DNA from: a virus
Virus genome (UHGV): UHGV-1369436
DNA: 38,409 bases
Reading direction: 5' to 3' (one strand)
Shown here piece after piece: positions 1 to 7,560 of the stretch (positions are counted from its first letter, which is position 1; every line of letters starts with the position of its first letter). Under the pieces are notes generated by a model. It was not told the DNA's origin. It saw only the letters and a list, made by a program, of their open reading frames with translations, and did not search any database. The translations under genes were made by a program, and so were the position numbers.

Positions 1-13
1 TTGCTAGGCTTAG

Positions 14-79
14 TATGCGCACGGGTGCGTAGGGGTATGCGCACGGGTGCGTAGGGGTATGCGCACGGGTGCGTAGGTA
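14..79. repeat. Three tandem copies (2.9x) of the 22-bp unit TATGCGCACGGGTGCGTAGGGG. Each unit contains a 5-bp inverted repeat (CGCAC-GG-GTGCG). An AT-rich stretch follows at 78-120. Putative iterons / origin or regulator-binding array.
   Basis: Direct repeats read in sequence at 14-35, 36-57 and 58-77. An (AT)n tract and A/T-rich DNA lie immediately 3'. The array sits upstream of the HTH replication-type genes. Confidence 0.8.
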
Positions 80-180
80 TATATATAGACAACATAAATT
101 AATAACATAACACTAACGCGCTCACTTCGTTCGCTTGTTGCGGCAAGCCGCGAATCGATAAAAAACACAACGAAAGACTC

Positions 181-209
181 TTGATTATGATTACTGTGTG
201 TGCTATTAT
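181..209 (+). promoter_or_regulatory. Sigma70-like promoter TTGATT-N17-TATTAT.
   Basis: The hexamers have exact 17-nt spacing. The promoter lies inside the first ATG-initiated ORF of the track (181), which argues for a later start codon. Confidence 0.45.
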
Positions 210-264
210 TAGAAGTACAGGCGGGTTGTTCAAAGCAAACAAGCATTTACGAGGACAACCACCG

Positions 265-687
265 ATGCCCGCCTATGCTCGGTGGTCGTGTCCTCGGGAC
301 ACGAAAGGAAATAGGAACATGAACCAAGAAGGGTACAAGCATGAAGTGCCAGCGTATCATCTGATGATGCTTTATCTTGCGGCATATAGTAGGGACATAG
401 AGCGAGCACAGGATGCTTTTAGAGTATATAAGTATCTAGTGGAGAGGCGTCGTGAACTTATCCCGGGCAAAGAAAAAGGCGTTATCTGTACATGGAAAGA
501 TGTTGCACGAGCATTGAAACTGGACACAAAAAGCGCTTTTCATGCTTTCAAAACACTAAGAGATTTGCGTTGGGTTACAAAAGAATATGTTGGAGGTAGT
601 CCAGTATATTACCGTGTCATATCACCAGATGAAACATTAGACATGGCAATTTTTATATTTGGCGGGGATATCAACAAATGGAGTTAG
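265..687 (+). CDS. Winged-helix/HTH DNA-binding protein. Alternative start at 319 (MNQEGYK).
   Basis: ORF track 181..687. C-terminal segment ...VICTWKDVARALKLDTKSAFHAFKTLRDLRWVTKE is HTH-like. The start was moved downstream of the promoter at 181-209. GAGGA lies 10 nt upstream of ATG 265. Confidence 0.45.
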   Translation: MPAYARWSCPRDTKGNRNMNQEGYKHEVPAYHLMMLYLAAYSRDIERAQDAFRVYKYLVERRRELIPGKEKGVICTWKDVARALKLDTKSAFHAFKTLRDLRWVTKEYVGGSPVYYRVISPDETLDMAIFIFGGDINKWS

Positions 688-1724
688 GAGATAAAAACCA
701 CCAGGCGGGCTGGACAGGCTACATAAATGCGGATGTACGATATGACAGGCGGCTGACTAATACAGCAAAGATAATAATGGTCGAAATATCAGCCCTTACT
801 AATATGAAGGGCTACGCGTGGTGCACTAATCAGTATCTCGCAGATGCATTTGATCTTTCAAGGTCGCAAGTATCACGTATTATTAGGAAGTTGGCAGAGT
901 GCGGCTACATCAATGTGTACCTTAACCCGGGCGGGGAGCGTTACATCACGATCACCAGCAATGACCGACCAGTACCTAGTGGTTTTAAAAAGGACTACAC
1001 GAAAAAAGCAGAGCCAGAGAACGAGCAAGACGATAAATTACTTAAAGTGGCTACCACTGTTGAAGAGGTTTTGCCAGAAGCAAAACCGATAGACATTAGC
1101 GAGACAGAATTGCGTGAACTTACCACAGCAGAGCAATGCGCCCTACAGACAAAAAATATCGAGGCCGACAACTACGACCGCCGCGGTGAGATTCTTGATA
1201 AGAATCTGTACGACAAGCTCAAGTTGGAGATTATTGCCGAATCAGATGCCACAGCCAAAGCAGAGGAGCAACCAGAGCAAGCTCCGGCAAAGCAAATCGA
1301 GGCCAGCGCACACCATAATGCTACCTCAACAGAGCTAGTAGCAGCATCAAATAACGCGCCAGAACAGCACAATACCCCATACGGTAAACTTGCAACACCC
1401 ATGACAAGTACGCGTAAGAACTATAACCCCGCTGAAAAGGCGTTTTATGACGCAGCAAAAGCCCTTGGGGTAAGTATTGCAAATCATAATCAAGCACGCA
1501 GCTGGGTTAAAGAAGTAGTAAGGACTAGAGGAATTGAGTCAACGGTAAACTACTTTGATTTTATGCGGCTCGTCTTCCCCAAATGGGAATATGAATATAA
1601 ACCAAACATTGACTCCGCACATGACCTTGCGATGAAAGCGGCTAAGATTGAGCAACTTATTCAAAGGCAGCAACGCGAGAATGCTCGTAAAATTAATTAC
1701 GACAATATTGACTTTTACGGCTAG
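678..1724 (+). CDS. Putative replication initiator / replisome organizer with an N-terminal HTH (…GYAWCTNQYLADAFDLSRSQVSRIIRKLAECGYI…).
   Basis: 348-aa ORF. The N-terminal helix-turn-helix resembles phage replication-initiation protein N-termini. The central region is acidic and low-complexity. It lies immediately after the iteron array. Confidence 0.5.
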   Translation: MELGDKNHQAGWTGYINADVRYDRRLTNTAKIIMVEISALTNMKGYAWCTNQYLADAFDLSRSQVSRIIRKLAECGYINVYLNPGGERYITITSNDRPVPSGFKKDYTKKAEPENEQDDKLLKVATTVEEVLPEAKPIDISETELRELTTAEQCALQTKNIEADNYDRRGEILDKNLYDKLKLEIIAESDATAKAEEQPEQAPAKQIEASAHHNATSTELVAASNNAPEQHNTPYGKLATPMTSTRKNYNPAEKAFYDAAKALGVSIANHNQARSWVKEVVRTRGIESTVNYFDFMRLVFPKWEYEYKPNIDSAHDLAMKAAKIEQLIQRQQRENARKINYDNIDFYG

Positions 1725-1736
1725 CAGCCTTACAAT
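1708..1736 (+). promoter_or_regulatory. Early promoter TTGACT-N17-TACAAT followed by the conserved leader AGAAACATAAGCAAAGAGAGGAGAA (1737-1770).
   Basis: Exact hexamers with 17-nt spacing. The leader matches five other copies in the window. Confidence 0.6.
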
Positions 1737-1770
1737 AGAAACATAAGCAAAGAGAGGAGAAAAATGCTTT

Positions 1771-2130
1771 ATGACAAAATATCAAATCACCACCTATGAT
1801 GGAACGGTACATACCATTGAGGGTAATACCCAACAAGAGGTGAAACGTATGGTTGAGTTTTTCAACCTTATGCCAGTAAAGATGGCAGATGGCACAACTG
1901 AAATGTTCGCCAAGGGCGCAGTGCAGCACATGAAAATGGTCAAGGATGATACTACACTCCCGCCAGAGCAACGCCTAGCCATGGGCGATCAGAAAGACAA
2001 CCGCAGCACAGGCCCAGAAGCTGAAGCAGCTAAAGCATGGCGAGAACACTGCGGTCACGACTTTAAGCTCATGGGGGATAAGGAAGCTCGCCAGCAATTC
2101 ATTGATAGCTATATGAGGAGCGACGCCTAA
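1771..2130 (+). CDS. Hypothetical protein (119 aa).
   Basis: ORF with SD AGAGGAGAA upstream. First gene behind the early promoter module. Confidence 0.7.
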   Translation: MTKYQITTYDGTVHTIEGNTQQEVKRMVEFFNLMPVKMADGTTEMFAKGAVQHMKMVKDDTTLPPEQRLAMGDQKDNRSTGPEAEAAKAWREHCGHDFKLMGDKEARQQFIDSYMRSDA

Positions 2131-2288
2131 TGGACAACCTACCACCAGTAACGGGCATCTCTAGTAGCGAGGCCGCCCTAGACGATCCAGACGACAAAGA
2201 CATATACGCAGAAACAAAAGTACGCCAGAAGCCACATACACCAGATGAAGACCTTGAGTCTATAGGAGCCCTAGAATATGAAGAATAG
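2130..2288 (+). CDS. Small, highly acidic hypothetical protein (52 aa; D/E-rich).
   Basis: ATG overlaps the upstream stop (TAATG). GAGGAG lies 10 nt upstream. Not on the ORF track because it is under 60 aa. Confidence 0.35.
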   Translation: MDNLPPVTGISSSEAALDDPDDKDIYAETKVRQKPHTPDEDLESIGALEYEE

Positions 2289-2496
2289 CCCACTAACTCG
2301 CGCTGAGCAACGTCTTGGCGCGAGAGTTGTATCATTAGCCATTCAAGCAAATCCAAGCTTACTTCGCACAATGTATTGTCACAAAAATGATCTAACCCTA
2401 TACCTCTGGCAAGATGACAAATGGATACCAGTTGGCCCTCATCTAAACGTTGTAAAAAAGACTCGAAAAAATCGTAAAAAAGTATTGCAATCGTAA
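2278..2496 (+). CDS. Hypothetical protein (72 aa).
   Basis: ORF track entry. Confidence 0.45.
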   Translation: MKNSPLTRAEQRLGARVVSLAIQANPSLLRTMYCHKNDLTLYLWQDDKWIPVGPHLNVVKKTRKNRKKVLQS

Positions 2497-2513
2497 GCAA
2501 CGAGGTGTATAGT
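2485..2513 (+). promoter_or_regulatory. Early promoter TTGCAA-N17-TATAGT plus conserved leader AGAAACATAACCAAAGGAAAGGAAGGAA.
   Basis: 17-nt spacing. The leader is similar to the other module copies. Confidence 0.5.
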
Positions 2514-2548
2514 AGAAACATAACCAAAGGAAAGGAAGGAACACAACA

Positions 2549-2701
2549 ATGGACAACGTAACTTACAAACTCGAGCAGATGGAAAACGAGGGCATGATCG
2601 AGCAGATGCACCACGACTGGTACGCATTTCGGATCAAGAACAGCTGGGCACGCAACATGAAGGCTCTCTGGCAGCGCTGGTTGATGAGTACAGTAAAATA
2701 A
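2549..2701 (+). CDS. Small hypothetical protein (50 aa).
   Basis: ATG at the end of the conserved leader with a GGAAGGAA SD. Under 60 aa, so absent from the track. Confidence 0.4.
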   Translation: MDNVTYKLEQMENEGMIEQMHHDWYAFRIKNSWARNMKALWQRWLMSTVK

Positions 2702-2751
2702 ACACACGAACACAATCAACAATAATGGTGGGCAGAAAGAGGAGAATAACA

Positions 2752-2931
2752 ATGTTCACTACAGCAATCGAAGGGTTACACGAAACCTACGAATACCGCC
2801 AGGCTAGCGTATTACGAAAACTATGGATGGATTTTATCACTACAGTATTCCTATCTGTACTATTCCTTAGCTTGCTATATTCGGTATATCTAGCTCTATC
2901 AGGACTAGTCTACCTAACAACGGGAGTTTAG
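2752..2931 (+). CDS. Small hydrophobic membrane protein (59 aa).
   Basis: Track ORF 2725..2931. Start moved to ATG 2752, which has AGAGGAG 8 nt upstream. The C-terminus is strongly hydrophobic. Confidence 0.55.
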   Translation: MFTTAIEGLHETYEYRQASVLRKLWMDFITTVFLSVLFLSLLYSVYLALSGLVYLTTGV

Positions 2932-3044
2932 TATGTTAGCAGATATTACATATCAATATCTAGAAAGCGATACAAAGGTAATTGAGGATATTATGGTTTA
3001 CAACGCACGAGAACGGATTATCCAATTAATTTTAGAGGAGAAGG

Positions 3045-3527
3045 ATGGAGAGAATCTATAGAGTGATAGCTATACGTCGCGACGGTGTGTGGCAGTATTG
3101 GGAACCGACACTGAGCCTATTCACATTCAAAGAAATACCAACAAATAGATACTACCAATACACAGAAGCACTCAGGGAATACCGAAGAGCGATAGACGAA
3201 TCAAGCCCTGATGATATATCGTGTGTTTCAATCAACGAGAAGATGGGTACCGATGGCACGTGGCACACACTCAAAGAGCGGCAATTTACCCAGAGTGAGC
3301 GATCAACAGAGTCAATCATGATAGATATTGGTACAGCTAGATTAAGCATGAAGACAACATCAGCAAAACTACGTGAGATTGCAGAATTGTCTAAACTCTC
3401 AAGAGAAACAAGGGAAGAGATTGAGCGTATTAGCAACAAGCTATACAGCCTCTCTCGACTCACATGGAATCTACAGAATAAAGTATTAAAGGAACTAGAG
3501 AATGATATACAAGACACAGAAGACTAA
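3045..3527 (+). CDS. Hypothetical protein (160 aa).
   Basis: ORF with SD GAGGAGAAGG. Confidence 0.65.
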   Translation: MERIYRVIAIRRDGVWQYWEPTLSLFTFKEIPTNRYYQYTEALREYRRAIDESSPDDISCVSINEKMGTDGTWHTLKERQFTQSERSTESIMIDIGTARLSMKTTSAKLREIAELSKLSRETREEIERISNKLYSLSRLTWNLQNKVLKELENDIQDTED

Positions 3528-3813
3528 ACAAGACCTACGAGAATCAGAAGAGACATTACAATTTGTCATGGCTGGTATCAAATGTCACCTTCCTAAAAAC
3601 CCAGCGACTCAAGTTATCCTTGAGCGCATAGAGAAAGACATTCGCCTATACGGAGACATTTGCAACATCGAAGGACGTGTTACAGAGTTTCTAGAGGAGG
3701 TAGGCGAGAATAAGCTCACCATGCTCCAGCGTGATTTTGATAACGTAAAATCAGGCAAAATGAGCTGTAAAGAAATTGCAAATAAAATCCGAAAAGAGTA
3801 TAATGAATGGTAG
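3502..3813 (+). CDS. Hypothetical protein (103 aa).
   Basis: ORF track entry. Overlaps the upstream gene. Confidence 0.55.
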   Translation: MIYKTQKTKQDLRESEETLQFVMAGIKCHLPKNPATQVILERIEKDIRLYGDICNIEGRVTEFLEEVGENKLTMLQRDFDNVKSGKMSCKEIANKIRKEYNEW

Positions 3814-3879
3814 ATGGAGGTAATACTTTCATAGCACATTTTGTAGCAGTGGTGTAGAATCTTTCTAACTACAACTATA

Positions 3880-4068
3880 GTATCTGTGCCTGGTTCCTCC
3901 TTGTTACGTGGTTAGGCACAGACACACAATACCTTTCTTCCCATGGAACAGTTTTCCCAGTTACCCGGCAAGACCACGAGACAACCCTCAACAATAGCAC
4001 GAAATGTGCTGTCTCGGTAACTGTGTTCCATGTAACACCCCACCATCTCCTCGGTGGGGTTTAACTTT
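3880..4068 (+). ncRNA. Candidate structured non-coding RNA or regulatory region ending in an intrinsic terminator.
   Basis: A 320-bp ORF-free gap. It contains a hairpin CTGTGCCT…AGGCACAG (3884-3921). Long-range complementary segments are present: CCATGGAACA at about 3950 with TGTTCCATG at about 4030, and AGCACATTT at about 3834 with AAATGTGCT at about 4008. A local hairpin AGCAC-GAAAT-GTGCT is also present. Confidence 0.25.
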
Positions 4069-4072
4069 GTCT
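4041..4072 (+). terminator. Rho-independent terminator CCCCACC-ATCTCCTC-GGTGGGG followed by TTTAACTTT.
   Basis: 7-bp GC stem, 8-nt loop and a U-rich tail, read directly. Confidence 0.6.
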
Positions 4073-4114
4073 ATACATGTTGTAAATTCTACCTGAGAAA
4101 ATAGCTAAAATCTA

Positions 4115-4143
4115 TTGCATCCCTCAACAATAAGATGTACAAT
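4115..4143 (+). promoter_or_regulatory. Early promoter TTGCAT-N17-TACAAT plus conserved leader ACAAACATAAACATAAGGCAAAGAGGAGAAG.
   Basis: 17-nt spacing. The -10 overlaps the ATG at 4135, which argues for the start at 4180. Confidence 0.55.
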
Positions 4144-4179
4144 ACAAACATAAACATAAGGCAAAGAGGAGAAGCCACA

Positions 4180-4443
4180 ATGTCAATCTACACACACTAC
4201 ACCATTGAAGCCACGACAAGGCTCGGAGAGGTATACGTATGGGATCCGCTCATCAGTGAGTATGAGTGCCAGAACAACCAGGAATCATCTGATATTAGCA
4301 CAGAGGACGAAGCTCTCGATGAATTTGGCTACGCAGTCGCAGCAGCAGACCTAGACGAGTTTATGAAAGTGAGTCTACTCCGTGTCACAGAGCTTAGCAA
4401 CGGCTCATCAGATGTATCAGTAGTAGAGTACAAGAATTTCTAG
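4180..4443 (+). CDS. Hypothetical acidic protein (87 aa).
   Basis: Track ORF 4135..4443. Start reassigned to ATG 4180, which has AGAGGAG 9 nt upstream and lies behind the promoter. Confidence 0.6.
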   Translation: MSIYTHYTIEATTRLGEVYVWDPLISEYECQNNQESSDISTEDEALDEFGYAVAAADLDEFMKVSLLRVTELSNGSSDVSVVEYKNF

Positions 4444-4451
4444 GAGGAGCG

Positions 4452-4676
4452 ATGCAAAACTGGAAAGTAAGAAAGAAACTCTATCAGGAGTCGTGGGAGC
4501 TAAAAGACATGAGGTACCGTCTCAACCTCCTCCGAGAGTTTGTAGACGACAAATACTACATCAACAACGCAACCGAATACCTCGACAAAGCCCTCAGCAA
4601 CATCGAGCTAGCAATGGATAGCAAGCAACTCAAGAAAGCATACGAACCACTAACCAAGCGAGAAAAGGAGAACTAA
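4452..4676 (+). CDS. Hypothetical protein (74 aa).
   Basis: SD AGGAGGAG 5 nt upstream. Confidence 0.65.
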   Translation: MQNWKVRKKLYQESWELKDMRYRLNLLREFVDDKYYINNATEYLDKALSNIELAMDSKQLKKAYEPLTKREKEN

Positions 4677-4678
4677 CA

Positions 4679-4846
4679 ATGTATCTATACACAATCGAGT
4701 ACAAAAGGCTCAGCCGAAGCCAAAAAGAGGAATATAAGACAGTAGCAGAAAATGCTCGTGTCGCACTCCGTAACCTCGAGCGTAATCGATGCAAACCATA
4801 CAGCTACCGTATCATCAACGTAGAGCGTGTAGGAGAGGATGACTAA
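4679..4846 (+). CDS. Small hypothetical protein (55 aa).
   Basis: SD AAGGAGAA upstream. Under 60 aa. Confidence 0.4.
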   Translation: MYLYTIEYKRLSRSQKEEYKTVAENARVALRNLERNRCKPYSYRIINVERVGEDD

Positions 4847-4847
4847 A

Positions 4848-5135
4848 ATGAAACCATACATGATCGTCTACCGCCGTAAAAGCATCAAAGGCACACTATC
4901 CCGCATAGTAAAAGCTAACAACCAAGACGAGGCAATCTACGCCTTAAAGCTGAAGTTCGACCCAGACGGCACAGAGAACCTATCAGTAAAAGATGTGCAT
5001 CTTCTAGATAAAGCACTCTCTGAACCATTCGTCACCCGACACACAGACGCCACCTCAAGCCTCGCTTTACATGATCAAGCCTACCAGCGCTACCGGCTCA
5101 TAAACAGACACCCAGGAAAAGGAGGAATAATCTAA
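4848..5135 (+). CDS. Hypothetical protein (95 aa).
   Basis: Track ORF 4839..5135. ATG 4848 has a better SD (AGGAGAGG). Confidence 0.6.
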   Translation: MKPYMIVYRRKSIKGTLSRIVKANNQDEAIYALKLKFDPDGTENLSVKDVHLLDKALSEPFVTRHTDATSSLALHDQAYQRYRLINRHPGKGGII

Positions 5136-5383
5136 TGTACCACTACCACCTACTCTACAAGCACAACCCTAGTGATAAATGGAGTATCTATACTACTACA
5201 GCATTAGATAATGGTACAGCTATCACTAATCTGCTAAAAGACAAAGAAGCAGTATATGACTATAGGATTATTAAACAAGAAAAGACAGAGAATAACGATA
5301 CCAATATAGCCCACAGTCTATTTAAACTATTCGTTTGGCTCTTTACTATAGCTATGGTGCTGTGGGTAGTACAGCAGAGATAG
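5135..5383 (+). CDS. Hypothetical protein with a C-terminal transmembrane helix (82 aa).
   Basis: SD AAAGGAGGAATAA. TAATG overlap with the upstream gene. Confidence 0.6.
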   Translation: MYHYHLLYKHNPSDKWSIYTTTALDNGTAITNLLKDKEAVYDYRIIKQEKTENNDTNIAHSLFKLFVWLFTIAMVLWVVQQR

Positions 5384-5469
5384 ACACAAACACACAAAAA
5401 CACACACTAGGAGAGGTTTGCGAGGCCTCTCCTCTTGTCATTCATAAGGGAAATGCTTATAATGAGTGC

Positions 5470-5946
5470 ATGGCTAAATCATCTTCTAGCAAGTCTGCAG
5501 ATAAGCTAGGCAGACCAAAAAGGAAATACAACGCTCCACCGGGCATGAATAACAACCCTACTGGCAAGGGCGGTTTTGGCGATAATCCACAAAACGGAGC
5601 GGGTGGTCGCTGGTCAAAAGACACCAGCATCTCGTACTGGTATAACAAGCTAGGCCGTATGACCCTCAAGGAGCTTGAAGAATTTGAGAAAAAGGGCGAT
5701 GAGCTTACTCCGTTCCAAAAGACAGCTCTCGTACGTGTTAAGCGCGCCTACAAGGGAGACTCTGAAGGCTTAGCAGAAGCTAAAGAGGTAGCAGACCGCA
5801 CAGAAGGCAAGGCCAAGCAGGATATATCTATCGACGCCAGCGATGATATGAAAACTATCATGAGAGGCTTTATTATACCAACACTACCAACGGATTGGAT
5901 CGATGAGCAAGTCGCATTGGCCCGTTCTAAACAAAGCAAAGTATGA
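5470..5946 (+). CDS. terS: Terminase small subunit (TerS). The track ORF begins at 5335; the likely start is MAKSSSSKSADKLGRPKRKY.
   Basis: Contains the motif GRPKRKYNAPPGMNNNPTGKGGFGDNPQNGAGGRWSKDT, characteristic of phage small terminase subunits. Lies immediately upstream of TerL. Confidence 0.6.
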   Translation: MAKSSSSKSADKLGRPKRKYNAPPGMNNNPTGKGGFGDNPQNGAGGRWSKDTSISYWYNKLGRMTLKELEEFEKKGDELTPFQKTALVRVKRAYKGDSEGLAEAKEVADRTEGKAKQDISIDASDDMKTIMRGFIIPTLPTDWIDEQVALARSKQSKV

Positions 5947-7504
5947 TGAGCTGCGAGAAAAGGGCTATTGGCTACCATTACCAGGCCCTCAGCAGCTCGC
6001 TATAGCGTTATCACGAGATAAGAGATTCCGTGAGATATTATTTGGTGGTTCTCGTGGTGGAGGCAAGACAGATGTGTCTATTGCTACTATTGGCGATCGC
6101 TTTGGCGACACTAGAGCCCGCCAGCTCGTCATTCGTAAAGACGCAGGAGACCTAGCGGACTTTGAGGAGCGTGCTGTAGCAGCTCTCCAGCCATTTGGAG
6201 CTAAGCTACGCCGCAATCCTATGGTGCTCTCCGCTAAAGGCTGTGGCCGTGTCATTGGTGGACACCTTCACGACGCTGAAGCTTACACAAAGTATCAAGG
6301 GCATGAGTACTGCCGTATCAATATCGAGGAGCTAACTCAGATACCAGACGAGGGACGTTATGAGAAGCTCATTAGCTCTGCTCGTAGCAAGTACAAAGAC
6401 CTATACCCTCAGGTATTCGCTACTACCAACCCAGGTGGCGCTGGCATGGGCTGGGTGAAGAAACGTTTCGTAGCACCAGACCCAGACAGGGCAGAAGTGC
6501 TCAAGATGGAGTATCCTTGGGTAGACATATACGGCAAGAAACAAGTCACACACTGGCAAATCGTTATAGATAAGCGTACAGGTATCTGGAGAGCCTATAT
6601 CCCAGCCACGATTGACTCTAACCCATTCTTGCTCGAGAATGACCCAGATTACGTGAAGTACCTCGACTCTCTCCAAGACTCAGACCCAGAGCTGTATCGT
6701 GCCTGGCGTTTTGGTGACTGGGACATTCAGTTTGGCGCTGTGTTTGAGGAGTTTCGGCAGAGTAAGCATACCTACGCCAAGTTCAGTGAGTGGGGTGTTA
6801 CAAAAGAAGCATTTGACAGCAATTACCGTGTCATGGGCATGGACTGGGGCTACAACGACGAGTGTGTACTACTGTGGGCTATGTTCGACAACATCACAGA
6901 GAAAGAGAACAGAGCGTTTATCTACCGTGAGCTACACGGTAACCACAAGCCTAAAGAGTGGTGGTGCGAGAGGATTGTGGAGATGTATCTCAAAGACCCG
7001 GTAGACTTGATAGCACTACCACATGACGCTTACAGCCACCTGGGAGGCTCTGAGACGATCGCTAAGGTGCTCAATGATACATTTGCCCGTCTTGCCCCAG
7101 ATGAGAAGCGTCCACGCATCGTACGGGCTGATAAGCTCATGAAAGATAGGAAACAGGCAGCAGTGCAGATGATTCACAGTGCTTTCGCTAACAAATCGGA
7201 TGGCAAACCTGGCCTGATATTCAGCAAATACTGCTCATACCTCATAGACACGCTACCTACCATCATCTACGCCAAGGAGTCTGGCGGTGAGGAGCTTGAC
7301 CCTAACAACGTAGACCACGCTCTAGACTCTCTCATGTACACGCTCATGACAGCCAACCGCGAGTATGGGTTCCTGGTGAATGAAGCAAAGAGAATCAACA
7401 AGCTCACCAAGCAGTCATTTACCATAAACCCAGGCGGCAGAGTAGAGGCAAAAGACATTGGAATTGATATTGCAACAGCGGTAGAGACAGATAAGCTCAC
7501 ATAA
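5903..7504 (+). CDS. terL: Terminase large subunit (ATPase plus nuclease).
   Basis: Walker A GGSRGGGKT and Walker B-like VIRKD/DE motifs. 533 aa. Positioned after TerS and before the portal. Confidence 0.8.
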   Translation: MSKSHWPVLNKAKYDELREKGYWLPLPGPQQLAIALSRDKRFREILFGGSRGGGKTDVSIATIGDRFGDTRARQLVIRKDAGDLADFEERAVAALQPFGAKLRRNPMVLSAKGCGRVIGGHLHDAEAYTKYQGHEYCRINIEELTQIPDEGRYEKLISSARSKYKDLYPQVFATTNPGGAGMGWVKKRFVAPDPDRAEVLKMEYPWVDIYGKKQVTHWQIVIDKRTGIWRAYIPATIDSNPFLLENDPDYVKYLDSLQDSDPELYRAWRFGDWDIQFGAVFEEFRQSKHTYAKFSEWGVTKEAFDSNYRVMGMDWGYNDECVLLWAMFDNITEKENRAFIYRELHGNHKPKEWWCERIVEMYLKDPVDLIALPHDAYSHLGGSETIAKVLNDTFARLAPDEKRPRIVRADKLMKDRKQAAVQMIHSAFANKSDGKPGLIFSKYCSYLIDTLPTIIYAKESGGEELDPNNVDHALDSLMYTLMTANREYGFLVNEAKRINKLTKQSFTINPGGRVEAKDIGIDIATAVETDKLT

Positions 7505-7560
7505 AGGCTAGTCTCTCTCACTCTATTTGCTGTATGATAGAGACAAACAGGAGACATAGC

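Noticed and set aside
14-79. Possible CRISPR array.
   Set aside because: The 22-bp units are directly abutting with no spacers. Only three copies. No cas genes.
10-246. 78-aa ORF on the - strand across the iteron array.
   Set aside because: It is made almost entirely of repeat-derived sequence and overlaps the promoter. No RBS. Judged spurious.
181-264. Start of the first gene at ATG 181 or 265.
   Set aside because: ATG 181 lies inside the -35 of a well-spaced promoter and is therefore unlikely. I used 265 but 319 is equally possible.
3814-4100. tRNA gene in the ORF-free gap.
   Set aside because: No 7-bp acceptor stem, T-loop (GTTCRA) or cloverleaf could be found by eye.
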